DNA of 64,000 bases from Vicugna vicugna (Eukaryota), in NCBI GenBank assembly GCA_013265495.1, contig MU057880.1, forward strand, positions 2,076,527 to 2,140,526. Direction: 5' to 3'. Both the position numbers and the translations under genes were made by a program. Under the pieces are notes generated by a model, which was not told where the DNA came from, made no database searches, and saw only the letters and a program-made list of their open reading frames with translations. This document shows, in pieces, positions 10,399-24,652 of this stretch. Position 1 is the first letter of the stretch, and every line of letters begins with the position of its first letter.

Positions 10399-13300
10399 CA
10401 TTAAATCTAAGTCTATTTCATACTTTATAAGAAAGAATAAATGCAGGTACGCAAATTTGTTACTGTCTTTAAAAGATAATTCACTTCTCTATCTCTGAAC
10501 AACTGGTCTATTGCTTTTTATCTCTTAAAAGCAGAGCCAGAAAACCATGTGTTTTATACTTCATTTCCTTTGCAGAGAGGCCTGTGTAGATCTCACTGTC
10601 TGAGTACGTGCAGCAGGAAGAGGCAATAAATCACACACTGCCTCCTGACAAGAGTAACTCAGAATGAGTTCTTATTTATAAAACTCCATTGGTAACTAAC
10701 ATCCAAATCGAATACCATTAATCAAAGTAATGGCTAGTTTTTATGGGGTGGGACCCACACCTAGGAACAAGAAGATTCTTTGTCTGTGTGCTCAGAAAGT
10801 CATATTCTGTTATTTATAAAGAACTCTGATGAGTTTTAAGTCTCTGCAAAACCCTACAAGTAAACCTGATGGGTTGCTTAAAACTGATAAAGATATACAA
10901 AGATATGCCAAGATAAAGAAGGATGTGTTCTTACTGGTGAGGAATATAAAATATAAACATGGTGGCAGGAAAGTTCATGAAAAGACTTGGACCTGGAATC
11001 AGACAGCCTGAGTTGCCCTCCAGCTCCCAGCCAGTAGTGCGCCCTTGGACAAGCTGAAGCAAAGGGACCAGGACGGAGGTCAGGGGTCTAGGGGAGTCAC
11101 AGCCATGACAGACTCAAGGTACAATGACTAGAATCTAACGGGCACCTCAACAGTTGAGATGGGGAGAAATGGCCAGATGCAAGAGTCAATTCTGAGCAAC
11201 CAAATGAGTGACTGAGGAGACAGTCCAGGTGAACACACCTGAGAGAAGGAAGATGCGTCAGCACTTCCTCACGGAAGGCGGGTGCGGAGCTGGAAGGCAG
11301 ATCTGGTGTGATGTATTAACTCTGAGGTCCAGCAGGAAGTGGAAAATAATCACCTAGAGCTCACAAGCGTAGTTACCCCTAGAGATAAAGATGTGTGTAT
11401 AACCCCAGATACAAGGAGAAATCACTCAGGGGGGAATTGGTAAGTAAGAAGCTAGAAGGACCAAGCAGGAACATCCAGCGACACCTAGGATATGAATATC
11501 TGAGAAAGGCCACAATTTCAGCACAGACAAAAAGGGAACAGCCAGGTAGGAGGCTCGTCCAGAGTAGGCAGAGACGCAGACACAAAGCTGGAGGCAAAAG
11601 GGGGCCGGTGGGGCCCAACATCGTCTCAGGACACAGAAGATCATGACCAGTCCTTGTCAAGTAACATCAGGACTCAAAAGAAATCTAGTGGATTTGCTTA
11701 AAAGGAATAAAGTAAGTATCTTTAACCAAAAGCAGAATGGTGGCAGGAGTCAGTATTATAGGAGAATGATTAAGCAGTAAGTATTGTGTCACTTGTCACT
11801 ACAGTGACATATGACTTTGGTAACTCAAATCCAAGTAAAGAAAAGGAAAAAATAATGAAAGAGCCATCGTAGGCTGTTGGTTTAAGTAGGACACTGAACA
11901 CATGGGAAAGAAAGTTGATGCAGTAGGAACATAAAAACGATGGGTTTTTTTTTGTTTGTTTGTTTTTTTCAGGCAGGCAACCCTACAGCGTATTTTTAAG
12001 CCCTTAGGAAAAAGAGCCAAAGAAGAGATGCTTGAATGCTGGGAGAGCAGAGTGTGGTGATGGAGGAGGGCTCAGAGTGGGTGGGGGACGGGATACAGGA
12101 CTGAGCAAAGAATGTCCCTCTTTCTCAGAGCCTGATGATGCTGGCAGCTTGGGGAAAGGGGGGGTTCCTGCCCGGTGACTCCTGTTATTTTTTTCTTTTA
12201 AGTAAGAGTTCGTATTGATGCTGAGACTGGAAGGACCACGAGCCTCGTCAGGGAAGAAGAAAAATGGAGCCACTGAGGACCAAGTAGAAGACTAAGGAGC
12301 CCCAGCGAAGACCCAGCCAAGACTAGATCAGCACACAAAATAAACCAGTAAAGATTCCGAAAAACATTTGTAGAATTAAACCAAAAAATGTTACAGATGT
12401 TCCGGTCGAATAAATATAGACCTTCCAGATGATATGAAAGAGGGCTGCAGTACGACCTCCGGATCATCCTGTCAGCCTGGTCCATGGTGTAACTGACAGC
12501 TCAACATTGATTGAAGAATGACGCACGTCCGCTCAGTAAAGGTGAGCCTCTCCTGCCGGGTTGTTCTCAGGAGCGGGGTCTTAAGCTCCTCTGAATAATC
12601 ATGAATTCCTACCACTGTTTTGTTACATGAGGACGAATCAAGGTCAGACGTTTCAAGTTCTCCAACGTAGTTTATTAGTGATTTAATCAGTGTTTTGCTG
12701 TTATTCCAATCAGAGCTCTTAGAAGTACAATTTCATACTTACATCATTTCTCAGAGGAGCTATTTGTATGCACATATGTCTGAATAATGTGCTGCATGAA
12801 TTCAAAGTGCAAATTTCCATTAAATGTCTAGGAGGAAAGGACCTCATTTATGAAGAGTTCTCTGCTCTCAGGAGCCCAGCAGTGATGTGCCTTTTTTAGG
12901 CAGAACCACAAGGTAAGTAGGGGACACTTCTGCAACCATACTCTATTCCTTACTATACTACAGAAATTGTTCACCTCTGAAAGAAAAAAAAGATAGGAAA
13001 CAGGAATCTGTAAGCCAAATCCCCCAATTTGTGAAAAATCATGCAGCTAAGACCGTGGACGACCATCATTCCACACATTATTCTTTTATTTGGGAGCACA
13101 ATTACACACTCACATCTTGATAAGTCAAATCTGAAATCAGATTCCTTAGCAATTAACTTGCTTAATAAATAGAATTTTGTGCCTTCTTTTTCCATTGGCC
13201 TGAATATAAAGGTACCAAAACGATCATAAATAAAATGTGACTGCATCATAATATATACAGCCGGAAGGAAGGAAGGAATGAAATTAGAATGACTGCTGAG

Positions 13301-15814
13301 ATTAAACTTTTCCCCATACAAATGAGAAAAATGAGATCCAGATAAATTAAATAACTTTTTGAAAGTTGCAAAGCCCAACGGCCACAGTTCTGAAATACAG
13401 CAGTGCTACTGTATTAGAATAAATACTCCCAACATAAATAAATTCTCCTGTATTACAATGCCTTGTCCATCACGACTAAGCAGACAGACCAAGGGAATTT
13501 TAAACAATACCTGTTTAGAGGTGACCTTGTTTAAAAGAGGTTGGAAGTGACCTCTAAACATGGTCCCACAGAGCCACTGACTCATCAAAAGATTAATTCA
13601 TGATTTTTTTATATAACCAGTCACCTGTTTCATTCCATTTGATTTAGCAACCATAAACAGAGCTCAGATGCAAAGAAGTCTGAAATAGGCAGAATATGAA
13701 ACTACATATATATGAAAATGTATATATGTGTATATGAAAGTTTGTGTGTATCTATATCATCTGCGTACTTCAAAATTCTTTGCAGAAGAGCTTCATTTAT
13801 TCTTACTGAATGAAAGTGTAAATACTATAAAGAAAGCAGAGAGACAGCAAGAGAGATCATCTCATCTCAAGCATTTATAATTTGAGAGTTAACCCAATAT
13901 ATATGTTTCAACTAGAAAATAAAAGACATCATAGAAAGAGTAGTAATATTAAATCTAATCAGTTGTCAAAATATCCACTATGGACAAAAAGGATCATAAA
14001 GGACCAAGAAAAGGGATTGTAATTTTAGCTCTAGTCATAGGTTCATGAAATCTCGGGGATGAAAAGAACTCATAAATTCTACAAGTTCCCAGTGATGCTC
14101 GATTTGGGTAATGTCCCTACCCAAGCTGTGCTCATCACTCTGCTGACAAAGAACCTCCCACGGAATTCCATTTTTTTCCCTTTGGGTGCTGATATCCTAG
14201 CCTTCAAAGCTGGAATAGCTTCCTCTATGTTTCTCTCTTGGGTCTTGACTCTGTAACTTGAGGTCTTACAAAAGAAGTCTAGTTCATCTTACAGAAAAAC
14301 TCAAGAGGTGACTGCTCATCTATTCTTTAAAAAAAGAAAAACCCCACAGTACAATCCATTAAGCAACAGACTTTCATGTTCCTGCCAACCCCAATCACGA
14401 TTCTCTGAACAAACTCCCACGTAATTCCAGCTCTCGTAAATGACGGCAACCAGAACTCAACATGGTGTTTCGGGGTATGAGATACCCACTGTGAAATGAA
14501 CACTGTTTCCTCTTTAAACACTGCGTTTCCATCAGCGTCCAAGACCTTGATGTATTAAACAGCCACAGCATGCTATTCATTTGAATTAATCTCATTCTCA
14601 ATGGAAACTTCTAATCATTTAAGAAGTTCCTCATAAGGCAAGATGAGATGAGCCCTGAGGGACCAGTAAGACCTGCAGAGGTTAGGCAGGAAGCTGTCAT
14701 TCTAAACATAAACAGGCTTAAATCATAAACAAGGAGAGCTCAGCCTTTCTAAAATAAGACAGCGGTCTTACGTAAACCTCCGTGGGTACATTAAAGAGCC
14801 CCCTGAAAATGAGAGTGAAGAGCTGCACCAGATCCACTAGGCAATAAAAGGACCTTCTGGGTATGGAACCTAATTTTAAGACAATGAAAATGGAAACAAT
14901 ACGGAAAATGGGTAATAATGAGCAGAGAAAAAATAGGGCAAATAATTAGGAAACGATTGTAACAGGTACGTTGAAAATGATGGCAAGTGGCAGTGCAATG
15001 AACACGACAGACATAGGAGATTATTTTAAGAGAAAACAGGTTCCATTTACATTCCACACCCGAGTGTCCAAACTAATGAGGATGCCTATTTCAAAACCTG
15101 GGAAATTATTCGGGAAGAGAAGATCATTAATTCAACTGATTGCAAAATAACAGCACACCATTTGATTAGAATTGTTCAGTAGGTAGCAAGAAATACATAA
15201 TCTAAACAATGAAAAATTTGACCTGGACCTGTTACGGCAATAATAATACAGGCGATTTTCCGTTGTATGTGTTGTATAGAGTATACATGTCCTTTTCCAG
15301 TCAGCCTTTCATCTCCCAGCCAAGGTCTCTGTCTTGAACATTTTCACTAGGAAGTAAAAAACTGGGACTAAACTAAAATCAGTCCATTCTACTAATGAAC
15401 AGTAGGTAAGAAAACCAGAATAGGAAGAAGATGGCTAACGTTACACTTAGATAACACATGACGGCTTTGATCACTGATAGCAACCCTACCATTCTTACTA
15501 CAAAGAACTGATGTGCACGAGGGCCACCATTACATGGTACAATCTCTCTCCAAGGGAGTCAAAAAAATTTCTCATGCAGACATCAAACACATTTACACAC
15601 ACACAACCTTTTCAGGTTGTGAATAAACTAATATAAAGAAGTCATAGTGTTTCCCAGTATGCACACAGAACCAGAGTCAAAAGTTCTTATGTCCTGATTT
15701 TAAAGCTAGAATATTAACAATTTGGAGGAAAGATAATTAAGATGATAAAATAAATACATGCAAACCTGACCCCACACTAATAAAACTAAGAGCAGCCCCT
15801 CATAAAACATCTTC

Positions 15815-16556
15815 ATAAATGCTGGAGGCTGTGGAGCCCCCCTGCACTGCTGGTGGGAATGCAGGTTGGTGCAGCCACTGTGGGAAACAGTAGGGAGATT
15901 CCTCAAAAGACTGGGAATAGACTTACCATATGACCCAGGAATCCCGCTCCTGGGCATATATCCAGAAGGAACCCTACTTCAAAAAGCCACCTGCACCCCA
16001 ATGTTCACAGCAGCACTATTTACAATAGCCAAGACATGGAAACAGCCTAAATGCTCAATGACAGATGACTGGATAAAGAAGAAGTGGTATATTTATACAA
16101 TGGAACCATAATGCGCTTCAACATGGATGTTCCTGGAGAATGTCATTCTAAGTGAAGTAAGCCAGAAAGAGAAAGGAAAATACCATATGATATCACTTAT
16201 AAGTGGAATCTAAGGAGGAGGAGGAGAAGAAGACAAGTGAACTTAAATATAAAACAGAAACAGACTCAGACATAGAATACAAACTTGTGGTTCCCAGGAG
16301 GAGAGGAGTGGGAAGGGACATACTGGGAGTTTAAAATCTGTAGATACTGACATGTATATATAGAATAGATAAACAGGTTTATACTGTATAGCACAGGGAA
16401 ATATATACAAGATCTTGTAGTAGCTCATGGTGAAAAAGAACATGACAATGAATATATGTATGTTCATGTACAACTGAAAACTTGTGCTCTACACTGGAAG
16501 TTGACACAACATTGTAAACTGACTATAACTCAATAAAATAAAATTTTTTAAAAAAG
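15815..16556 (+). mobile_element. 5'-truncated young (camelid-type) L1: ORF2 C-terminus, 3' UTR and A-rich tail
   Basis: ORF 15866-16111 '[14 protein letters not shown]...CTPMFTAALFTIAKTWKQPKC...WIKKKWYIYTME' is the L1 ORF2p C-terminus. Ends 'gactataactcaataaaataaa'. Confidence 0.95.
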
Positions 16557-16882
16557 AATCAATTAAGGGCTTGTGATTAAGCTTCTTTATACCTAGGATA
16601 CAAGTCTGGGCAAAAATGGGAGAATGTAACTTGTAAGCATGTTAGTTACACATATTGTAAGCTATCAGATGCTTGACATTCAAACAGCCCTCAACAAATG
16701 GTAGAAGATTCCCTAATCCAGTGATGGTAAAAATGGCAGCATTGCCAACAGAGGTTAGAGACTGGCCAAATTTGATATTAAAAAGTGTTATTACGTCTGC
16801 TGTGAGCACAGAGAGAAATGACAAATAATGTTTTGGGTTTTGTTGAGATAGTTCCGTTTGGTTTTGGATTTTTTAATTTAAT

Positions 16883-17118
16883 CAATAAATTTGGGTGTTT
16901 GAGATTTGCAAATGTTAACCACTATATACAAAAACAGATAAAACCCAAATTTCTTCTGTATAGCACAGGGAATAATATTCAATATCTTGTAATAATCTTT
17001 AATGAAAAAGAATATGAAAACACATATATATGTATGTGTACGCATGACTGTGACATTGTGCTGCACACCAGAAACTGACGCATTGTAATTGACTGCATTT
17101 CAATTATAAACAAAAAGA
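16883..17118 (+). mobile_element. Short young L1 3' end
   Basis: Near-identical to 33566-33795 ('ataaatttggg...gagatttgcaaatg...ctgtatagcacaggg...ttcaatt'). Confidence 0.9.
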
Positions 17119-18120
17119 ATTCTGAAAGTGTATTTTAGTATGTTCTGGATTCACATATAATAGACCTTAAAATATAAATCCATAAACCTATGTGCTCTCC
17201 TTATAAATCATGCAAAGCATTGACTGGATAATTTACATCTGTCATCTCTCAGTCATTATTTCTTGAGACTAACAGTACCTTGACATATTTCTTCTGTTGG
17301 TTTAGGTCAGAAAAGATTTTCTGGCATTGAAAGAGACATTCAAAAGATCTGACACTTGTGAAATTTCAAGAAGTTCTACCACTGAACAATTTTAAATCCT
17401 TATTATTGGACCAAGATATATTTATTTCACATGGGAGAGCGTTCCAAGGCAATGCACCAGAAATAAAGGCTGATCTATTTAAATCTGGATGGAGAGAAAA
17501 ATTTTAAAAGATGATTTTTCCATATCATTCTGTTATTGGCTAATCATGAGGCTGTCGTCAAATACAATATATCAGAATCAGAGAATCTTAAAAAAAAAAA
17601 ACTCACAAATTGAAATGGCCATACATACCGCTATGTGGCCCAACCACCTATTCTATGCTCAAACTTTCTGTAAAACATGCCTGCCAAGTAACCCCCATGT
17701 CGAGTGCTTGTAATCACTGTGAGCTGTGGCTTCAGTTCACAACCTCCCTTCCCCGGCAGAACTCTACTAGAAAGTTCTTCCTGAGTTGAAGCCAAAAATA
17801 GCCCTCTGCATGGTTTCTACTCATCAGTTCTGCTTTGAACTAGTGGTACCAAGTCTGCTTCCTCATCTACGTCACAGTTTTTCAAAAATATTGAAGATAA
17901 TTTTCATACATCTCAGTTCCTTCAGCTCTTCCTAATGTGGCATTATTTTAAGGACTTCAACTATTCTCTTGTTTTGAAACACCTTTGTTGTGGTATGGTT
18001 CCTGTACAGTAAACTACGCATATTTCAAATGAACAATTTGATTAATTTGGATAGATGTCTACACCCATGAAACCACGACCACAAGCAAGACAGCTAACAC
18101 TTCCATCTCTCCCCAAGAGG

Positions 18121-18233
18121 TGCAACTTTCGAATTCCCAGTTTATCCCTTCCGATCCCCCTAAAAAAGGACACAAGTGAACTTACCTACAAAACAGAAAC
18201 AGATTCACAGACGTAGAGAACAGACTTCTGGTG
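18121..18233. mobile_element. Small inverted L1 3' UTR fragment (two adjacent L1 segments in opposite orientation)
   Basis: 18121-18160 is the reverse complement of L1 'ggg..ggaagggataaa.tggga.tt.ga.a.ttgca' (compare 33556-33591). 18162-18233 is forward L1 'ggacac...gaact..c..caaaacagaaacaga.tcacagac' (compare 33473-33537). Confidence 0.75.
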
Positions 18234-18959
18234 ATCTCAATTATTCTTACTTCCCACCCCTGAAAGTACTGATCAGCACAGTACAGAAATCTCTGCAAAT
18301 CTTGCTTTAAATAATAGAGTCCTTTGAGCAAAGTCCTATGCTTAACACAGAATTAGTAACATGAAAACACCATTTTCTTTCTTAAGTAACTATATACAGA
18401 GAGTTACATACAACTCGGATGAAAATGCATAGTACATCATTACTCATCTGTATCACACATGTATGTTATATATTGCATTATTCATTACATCATGACTGCT
18501 ATGCTAATATTTTTTTTCCAAATGTGCTCTGCCAAACTAGGTCTTCCCCACGCTACATGTGCAGAAGCGATCTCTGAACCAAAGTGCAATTTATACTACA
18601 ATTTTGTTAGATTCAGCTCATCACTTTGGCCATTAAAGATCCTATTAGATCCTAATTCTGTCTCACATAGCTGCTGTATGTTCCAGTATCTCATTCTTTG
18701 CGATTTGAATGGTTTGTCTGTAGAGTCTTACTTCGGTCATGGATAAGATGTTGAACAGGCACACGATAAGGCTGAAATTGCACCAGGAAGCATCACCCAG
18801 GTTGAGGATGCTCGACTAATTACCCAGCTGTTAAATACCAAGTGTTCTCTTTATTGAAACTATGTCTAAATCCTGTCCACAGAGATCAGGTAAGTTACTT
18901 CCAAGCACCATAACAAAATACTGACATAACGACTTACAAGAGTCACAGATCTTGAGGTT

Positions 18960-20140
18960 TGTATTCACTCTTTAAACAAATTTTTATTGCATGTGTATTT
19001 TGTACCAGGCACCGTGTTGACCTCTGGTGACTAAGTCAATGAGACACTGCCCTCAAGAAGCTTACAATCTAGTGGGGAAAGCAGACAATCACAGTTGATT
19101 ATGTGACCATATAGCTTTGTAAACAGGATAGGCAATTAGAGGACCAGGGAGGCACAGAGCGTGATTATCTAAACCAGACTGTCAGGATTAGGAAAGGTTT
19201 CCCAAAGGAGACAGCAAGGTTGGAATTTAAGTTGAGTCTGCGGTCACGATGGAACAGTCAGATTAAAATGTGGGATGTATGAGTGTGGTGTTCTTCAGAG
19301 AGATCTGGGCCAGACGTACAGATTCAGGAGTTGACAGTGAATAAGTGGCACGTACAGCTCTGGATCTGAGCAAGGCCACTGAGGCAGGAGTTAACCAATC
19401 AAAGAAGGAAACGTCTGGCATCTTGGTAAAGGGAAGGACACGGCAGAGCTGTGAGAGAGCAAGTATGGATGAGACTTGAGTGAGGGCGTGGGCTGGGATG
19501 CAAAGACACCTCTGGAGGCATCAGAGGCCAGTTCAGCAAGAGTTTTGTGTGTGGATGCCAAGAAATCAGAATTTTATCCAGAAGGCTATGGAGTCCCCCA
19601 GAGGGCTCTAAGCATTGGAACGACTTTCGCAGACCGAAGAAAGCACACTGCGGGGTGAGTGTGGCGTAGGAATTGGTGGAGGAAGACAAGGAGCTCGGCG
19701 ACTCATAAGAAGCTCACCAGAAAGGTGGGGGGAGCGGGGAAAGCAGTGTCCACGTGGGAGGGAAGTGAGGGCCACACTCCAAAGATGGCGAAGGCTGAAT
19801 GAAGACATCTCGGGGACAACTGGATTTGAGAAGCTAAGGTTGGAAGGGAAGGTCCAAGGGAATCCCTAAGATCTGAGTTTGGATGGCCAAGCAGGTAATG
19901 GTATCACGTTTGCTGCAAACGGAAACACTGTATTTGGAGAGGCGGGGAGGACTTTGGAACTCAGGTCTTATCATTTTAAATTAAGATCAAGACGGGATAA
20001 CCAGCTAGAAACGTGGGGTACATGGGTAAGGAGTTCTACAGAGAAGACCGGGCTGGATGGAGAAACTCAGGCATTAACGCTGAAGAGACAAGAGTTACAG
20101 CCAGAGATGTGGGCAAAACCACTGAGGCAGAGTGTATAGG
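18960..20140 (-). mobile_element. L2 remnants
   Basis: 'aaacaaatttttattgcatgtgtattttgtaccaggcacc...ctgccctcaagaagcttacaatctagtgggga', plus later L2-like purine-rich blocks. Confidence 0.65.
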
Positions 20141-21609
20141 AAATCAGAGGAGAGACCAATAGACTAAGGCCAATGTCAAATTCAAGCTGTGAAATACAAA
20201 GCTAAAAACTTAAAACACTTTCTGATCTAAAGTTTATCTTGCATTTAGCCATATATACTAAATTTCTAAAATTTTAGAGATCCAATTCATTAAGTGGTCT
20301 GTCAACCTGGTGCTTCAGCTACATACCAAAAAACACTGCCTGATAGCATCAATTTATGATTTTCCAGCTTCTCAAAACAATGTAGGTCAAAAAAAAAAAC
20401 AGTAAAGAGCCAGGAAAATTTGATAATTTGATTCAAGCTTAACATCAACCTAGAATATGAGGGTCTTAAGTCTTTTCTTGTTTTCTCCATTTAAAAGCAC
20501 TTTTCCTCTTACTTACAGTCTTTGGGGGGAAATGTTAGAAAATGGAAAATTTTGGCTCATGTTTGCTACACTTACACCGTGCTTAACTGCATGTACCCAT
20601 CCAACCCTGTTGCTTCGTCAACTCCACTAAAAAAAAAAGTCTAAATAAATCAAAATATCACTGGGCAAGAATTTCACCATGTTGAGGAGTGTAAGCTAGT
20701 CTGTACCTAACTTCCGGGTTTTGTAACCTCACATATTCCTCTTAAGATATTTTATACTTAATCAGCTTATGCAAGATGGGCAAACTGCATCATCCTCTAA
20801 GACAGAAATAATTTGTATATTCTTTCACAGCACATTATTATAACTGAGAGTCCAATCGCAATGTTCAAAAAATTTAATATAATGGATCCAACAATAGCCA
20901 GGGAAAACCCTAGTCTTCAGAAGTTCCATGATAACAAAATCAAAATTCTTAATAAATGCTCAAAAAATATATAGAAAAATCTGACTCTCCAAAGTTCATC
21001 TACTTTTTAATAAGTGGATTTTTGGCAGCATCACCATGACAACTGTTAATAAAGCTTTATGTAGCCTCATAGTTACAAACAGTATTATAATGAAAATTTT
21101 AAAACTGCAGTAGAAAATTTCAGAGACAAAACTTCAACCAATTACTCAACATATCTAAAACACTGTGATGTGGGCTCAGAGGTACGGGCCACGCCTCTCA
21201 CTTGAAGGTTTCCACACACGCCAAGAGAACCTTTTTTGTTTCCCTCTTTATCTACCAAATTTAACTTTAAAAATCTGCCTTCACTATAGACACCGTAAGT
21301 ATATACAGTTTTTACATCAGGCAATTTAGTAGGGTTGTTCTGGGAAGGGACAGGACGTGTTCCAGAAGATTCCTGTAAGACATGTGGTCCTTATAAGATC
21401 TACTGTTGACAAATTCTGAACTCGGATTCACGCCGTCTGATGGGGACTGAGGGAAGGAGACAGGTGCCCTGTCAGTTTCCGTATCTAGAGAAGCCTGACT
21501 GATCAGAGATGATCTGACTCCAGACGCAGAACCACCATGACGCCAAGACAAATACAACAGTCAGTCGGTGCCACTATGCCAACATGTAGCAAACAAAAGG
21601 TTAATATAA

Positions 21610-21738
21610 GGGGGGAGGGGTGTACCTCAGTGGTAGAGTGCGTGCTTAGCATGCAAGAGGTCCTGGGTTCAATCCCCAGTGCCTCCATTAAAAATTTTTA
21701 ATTTAATTTAATTTAAAGAATAAAATAAAATAAAATAT
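21610..21738 (+). mobile_element. tRNA-Ala-derived camelid SINE (Vic-1-like)
   Basis: Head 'ggggtgtacctcagtggtagagtgcgtgcttagcatgcaagaggtcctgggttcaatccccagtgcctcca' carries A and B boxes and an AGC anticodon-like loop. AT-rich tail follows. Confidence 0.9.
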
Positions 21739-21739
21739 T

Positions 21740-21903
21740 GGGGAGTGAGGTTATAGCTCAGTGGTAGAGTGCATGCTTAGGATGCACAAGGTCCTGGGTT
21801 CAATTCCCAGGACCTACATTAAAACATAAATATATAAATAAACAAACAAACCAACAAAGAAACCTAACTACCTCTCCCCCACAAAAAAATTTAAAAAATA
21901 AAA
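21740..21903 (+). mobile_element. Vic-1-like SINE, directly in tandem with the previous copy
   Basis: Head 'tatagctcagtggtagagtgcatgcttaggatgcacaaggtcctgggttcaattcc' plus the family tail 'aacctaactacctctcccccac'. Confidence 0.9.
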
Positions 21904-24600
21904 TGACACCAACATAAAACTAAAAAGGTTACTGTAAAGAATATCCAAAACATGAAAATGTGTCCTCACACTTGGGAAGAGTAAAGCCTGACAATGACAG
22001 GCTCCCTAAAATGCTGATCTCCTGGTTGTGGCACCAACACTTCATCGCAGAGTCGTGAGAGCTGCAGGTGTGGTTATTCCTGAACCTTCTCCATCACACT
22101 CCACCGGGCAAGACGCGCCATCCTCTCCACCCCTAGAAGTCTGGCCCTGACCCCAGCCTGTGCAGCACTAGAATAAGCAGGGAGATTAAAGCTGAAAATT
22201 AGGAGTTATTTCTTAATAGTGAGCTTGATTTAACACTGGACTTTCTATGGGACACGATACTGTCCCCAGACCTGCGGTCTCATATATTCATACCAATATC
22301 GACTTGGACACACCACCTCTGATGCCCTTCCTTTACAAAATACACTTCACAGAATGTGCCTCTGTAATTCCTACAGAACATCTCTGCAACTCTTATCATC
22401 TACATGTAGACAGTGATGATGCTGGAATAACATTCCCCGAGATCAGTGTGGTACTTAAGAAACCTTAATGTAAACAGAACTGTAACAACAAATTAATTTT
22501 TATTCCAGATCACTGCATATGTTGTAACATTATTACCTAAAATCATGTATTTTGTGAAGGTTATATATTTATACACTGCAGTTGTTCCCACTATTGGATA
22601 TTCTCTACTGTTATTCACCAGTAATGTTAAACTTTAATTTAAAAAATAAAAACCAGCGTCCAAAGTATAAAACTTTGGTGTTGCTTCTCTGGGTTGGGGA
22701 GGAAGGGGAAATTGAGTGATCTGGATTTAGATTTTAATTTTACAAGTAACCTCAAATTTAATGACATATTTTTTGAGAAATATCCTAATTTTCTAATATA
22801 AATCTTTTATCAAGAAAAAAATACTGAAATAGAAAATTGATCTACCATGTGAACTTTCATCTGCCATTGACTAACATGAATTAAACAGAACTTAAAATTA
22901 TAGTTTAGCTATTTTTAAATAAATTTTTAATGATTTAATGATTTTTTAAACGAATATGCATTTTTAGGAATATTTTTTTAGTCAACTTTTTGAACTGCTA
23001 TTTGCTCAAAATACAGAATCTCAGTATCCAACTAAAGCTGCACATTCAGGGCAAGAAAGAGTAACTTTTTTCCACATTATAAAAGATGTATACAAATTAC
23101 CTAAGCCCAGGGCATGAACAAAGCTTGATAAAACTGGGAATTAGCTTTCTCCTTCCCAAACTCTTCACTCCGTCACGTTCTACCTATGAAACAAACGGGT
23201 ACATGGTCTGATGGGAAGCGTTCTGCTGATACGTGTCTCAATAAACCATCTTATTTTGAGCAAAATGCAGTAACGTTTCCCCGGATAAGAAGGTAAGACA
23301 GGAAGAACCTACGATGGGCAGAGGTACTGCTTCTTTTTCCCCTTCCCTTTCTTTGAGGACTTCTCCTTAGAACAGGCTTCTTCAATCCACGAGGAAATCA
23401 AAAGGAAAAAGACAACTGCCAGTAAAAACTTCATCTTGAAAAGTTAACTTTCGGGAGCGCAATCTACAAGAAAGAACAAGAAAACGTTTACCTTTCAGAA
23501 GCAAATGATTAACTCTACGACTCCTTAAGGAGTTTGACCATTACCACCCAGCAGACAAGTGCGTCTGTACATCAAATTCTCTTTGCTCACAGTAAACACA
23601 TGCCTCCCAAACCCACATAAACATGAGGACTTTGTAATATTTTAAGCTTATTAAATACGTTATACTGAGTATGATTTTTCTATTCTTTCTCCTCCTCTGG
23701 AGGAAAAACAACAAACTATAAGTCCTACCTCTGAAGTCCATTTTTAGACTTTTAAATACCATATGTACATTCATGTATAATCATGTATAGTGTTTGTGAA
23801 TTTTTTTACTTGCATAAATGCTATTTGGCCTTTAAAAAAATTCTCATTGCTCAAATCTGTGTGGTTCTACTTCACTATATAATATGTGATACTTTCGTAG
23901 TAAAAGTTAGTTTAAATAATGGTTTATAGAAAATAAGACCCCAATGAGGAATAAGAGGTAAGTATGCAAAATTTCTATTATAGAGTTTATATATATATAT
24001 ATATCATATAAAATTTTATATACCACATATTATTATTACAATATATACAATATAATATTATATATTATATACTATACAAAATTGTAAATTGATACTGAAT
24101 TGCACAATATATCAGTATATGCTCAGAAAGATACCAGGAAGGGTGTTTAACACGGTATTGAGACAGTTACCTTGTGCTAGTACACTTCAATTTTTTTGTT
24201 TTCTTTTTTAAATCTCTCTGTTCTTTGAATCTGCATGTATGTTTTCCCCAAAGCAATAAAACTATTCTAAAGGGAAGGACAATTCTAAGTATTAAAGGAT
24301 TGACAGAGATAGAAGGCGAATGTAGTATCAGAGGGTTTCACTCCCTAAATTGTTTCTATTTATACACACTAAATTTGCAAGTTACCTTTTACCTCTAAAA
24401 GGTGTATATTGACTGAAGTTAGCTTTCCTCCTCACATGATACTAACATTTATCATCAAAAAGACAATTTCTGACTCCAGAAATTCTAGGCAACACTATAT
24501 GAAATAGTCAGACTCCTCCAGATAATCCCCTTAGCCATATTTTAATAGCATTTTCCTAGCTCAAATGAGAACTATATTCTTGCCCGTCTGATGCACACAC

Positions 24601-24652
24601 AAAAAAAAAGAAAGAAAGAAAGAAAGAAAAAGAAAAGAAAGAAAGAAAAAAA
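24601..24652 (+). repeat. (AAAG)n/(AAAAG)n simple repeat
   Basis: Directly visible. Confidence 0.95.

Noticed and set aside
12420..12612. Exon-like unique sequence with a plus-strand donor (AAG|GTGAGC at ~12541)
   Set aside because: The minus-strand frames I translated hit stops and gave no recognisable protein. I found no matching strong acceptor/donor pair on the presumed gene strand.
21312..21557. 81-aa minus-strand ORF in the presumed intron
   Set aside because: No homology recognised and no convincing splice signals.
21617..21687. tRNA-Ala(AGC)-like sequences here and at ten other sites
   Set aside because: They carry stem mismatches, SINE-specific tails, A-rich ends and TSDs, so they are SINEs rather than tRNA genes.
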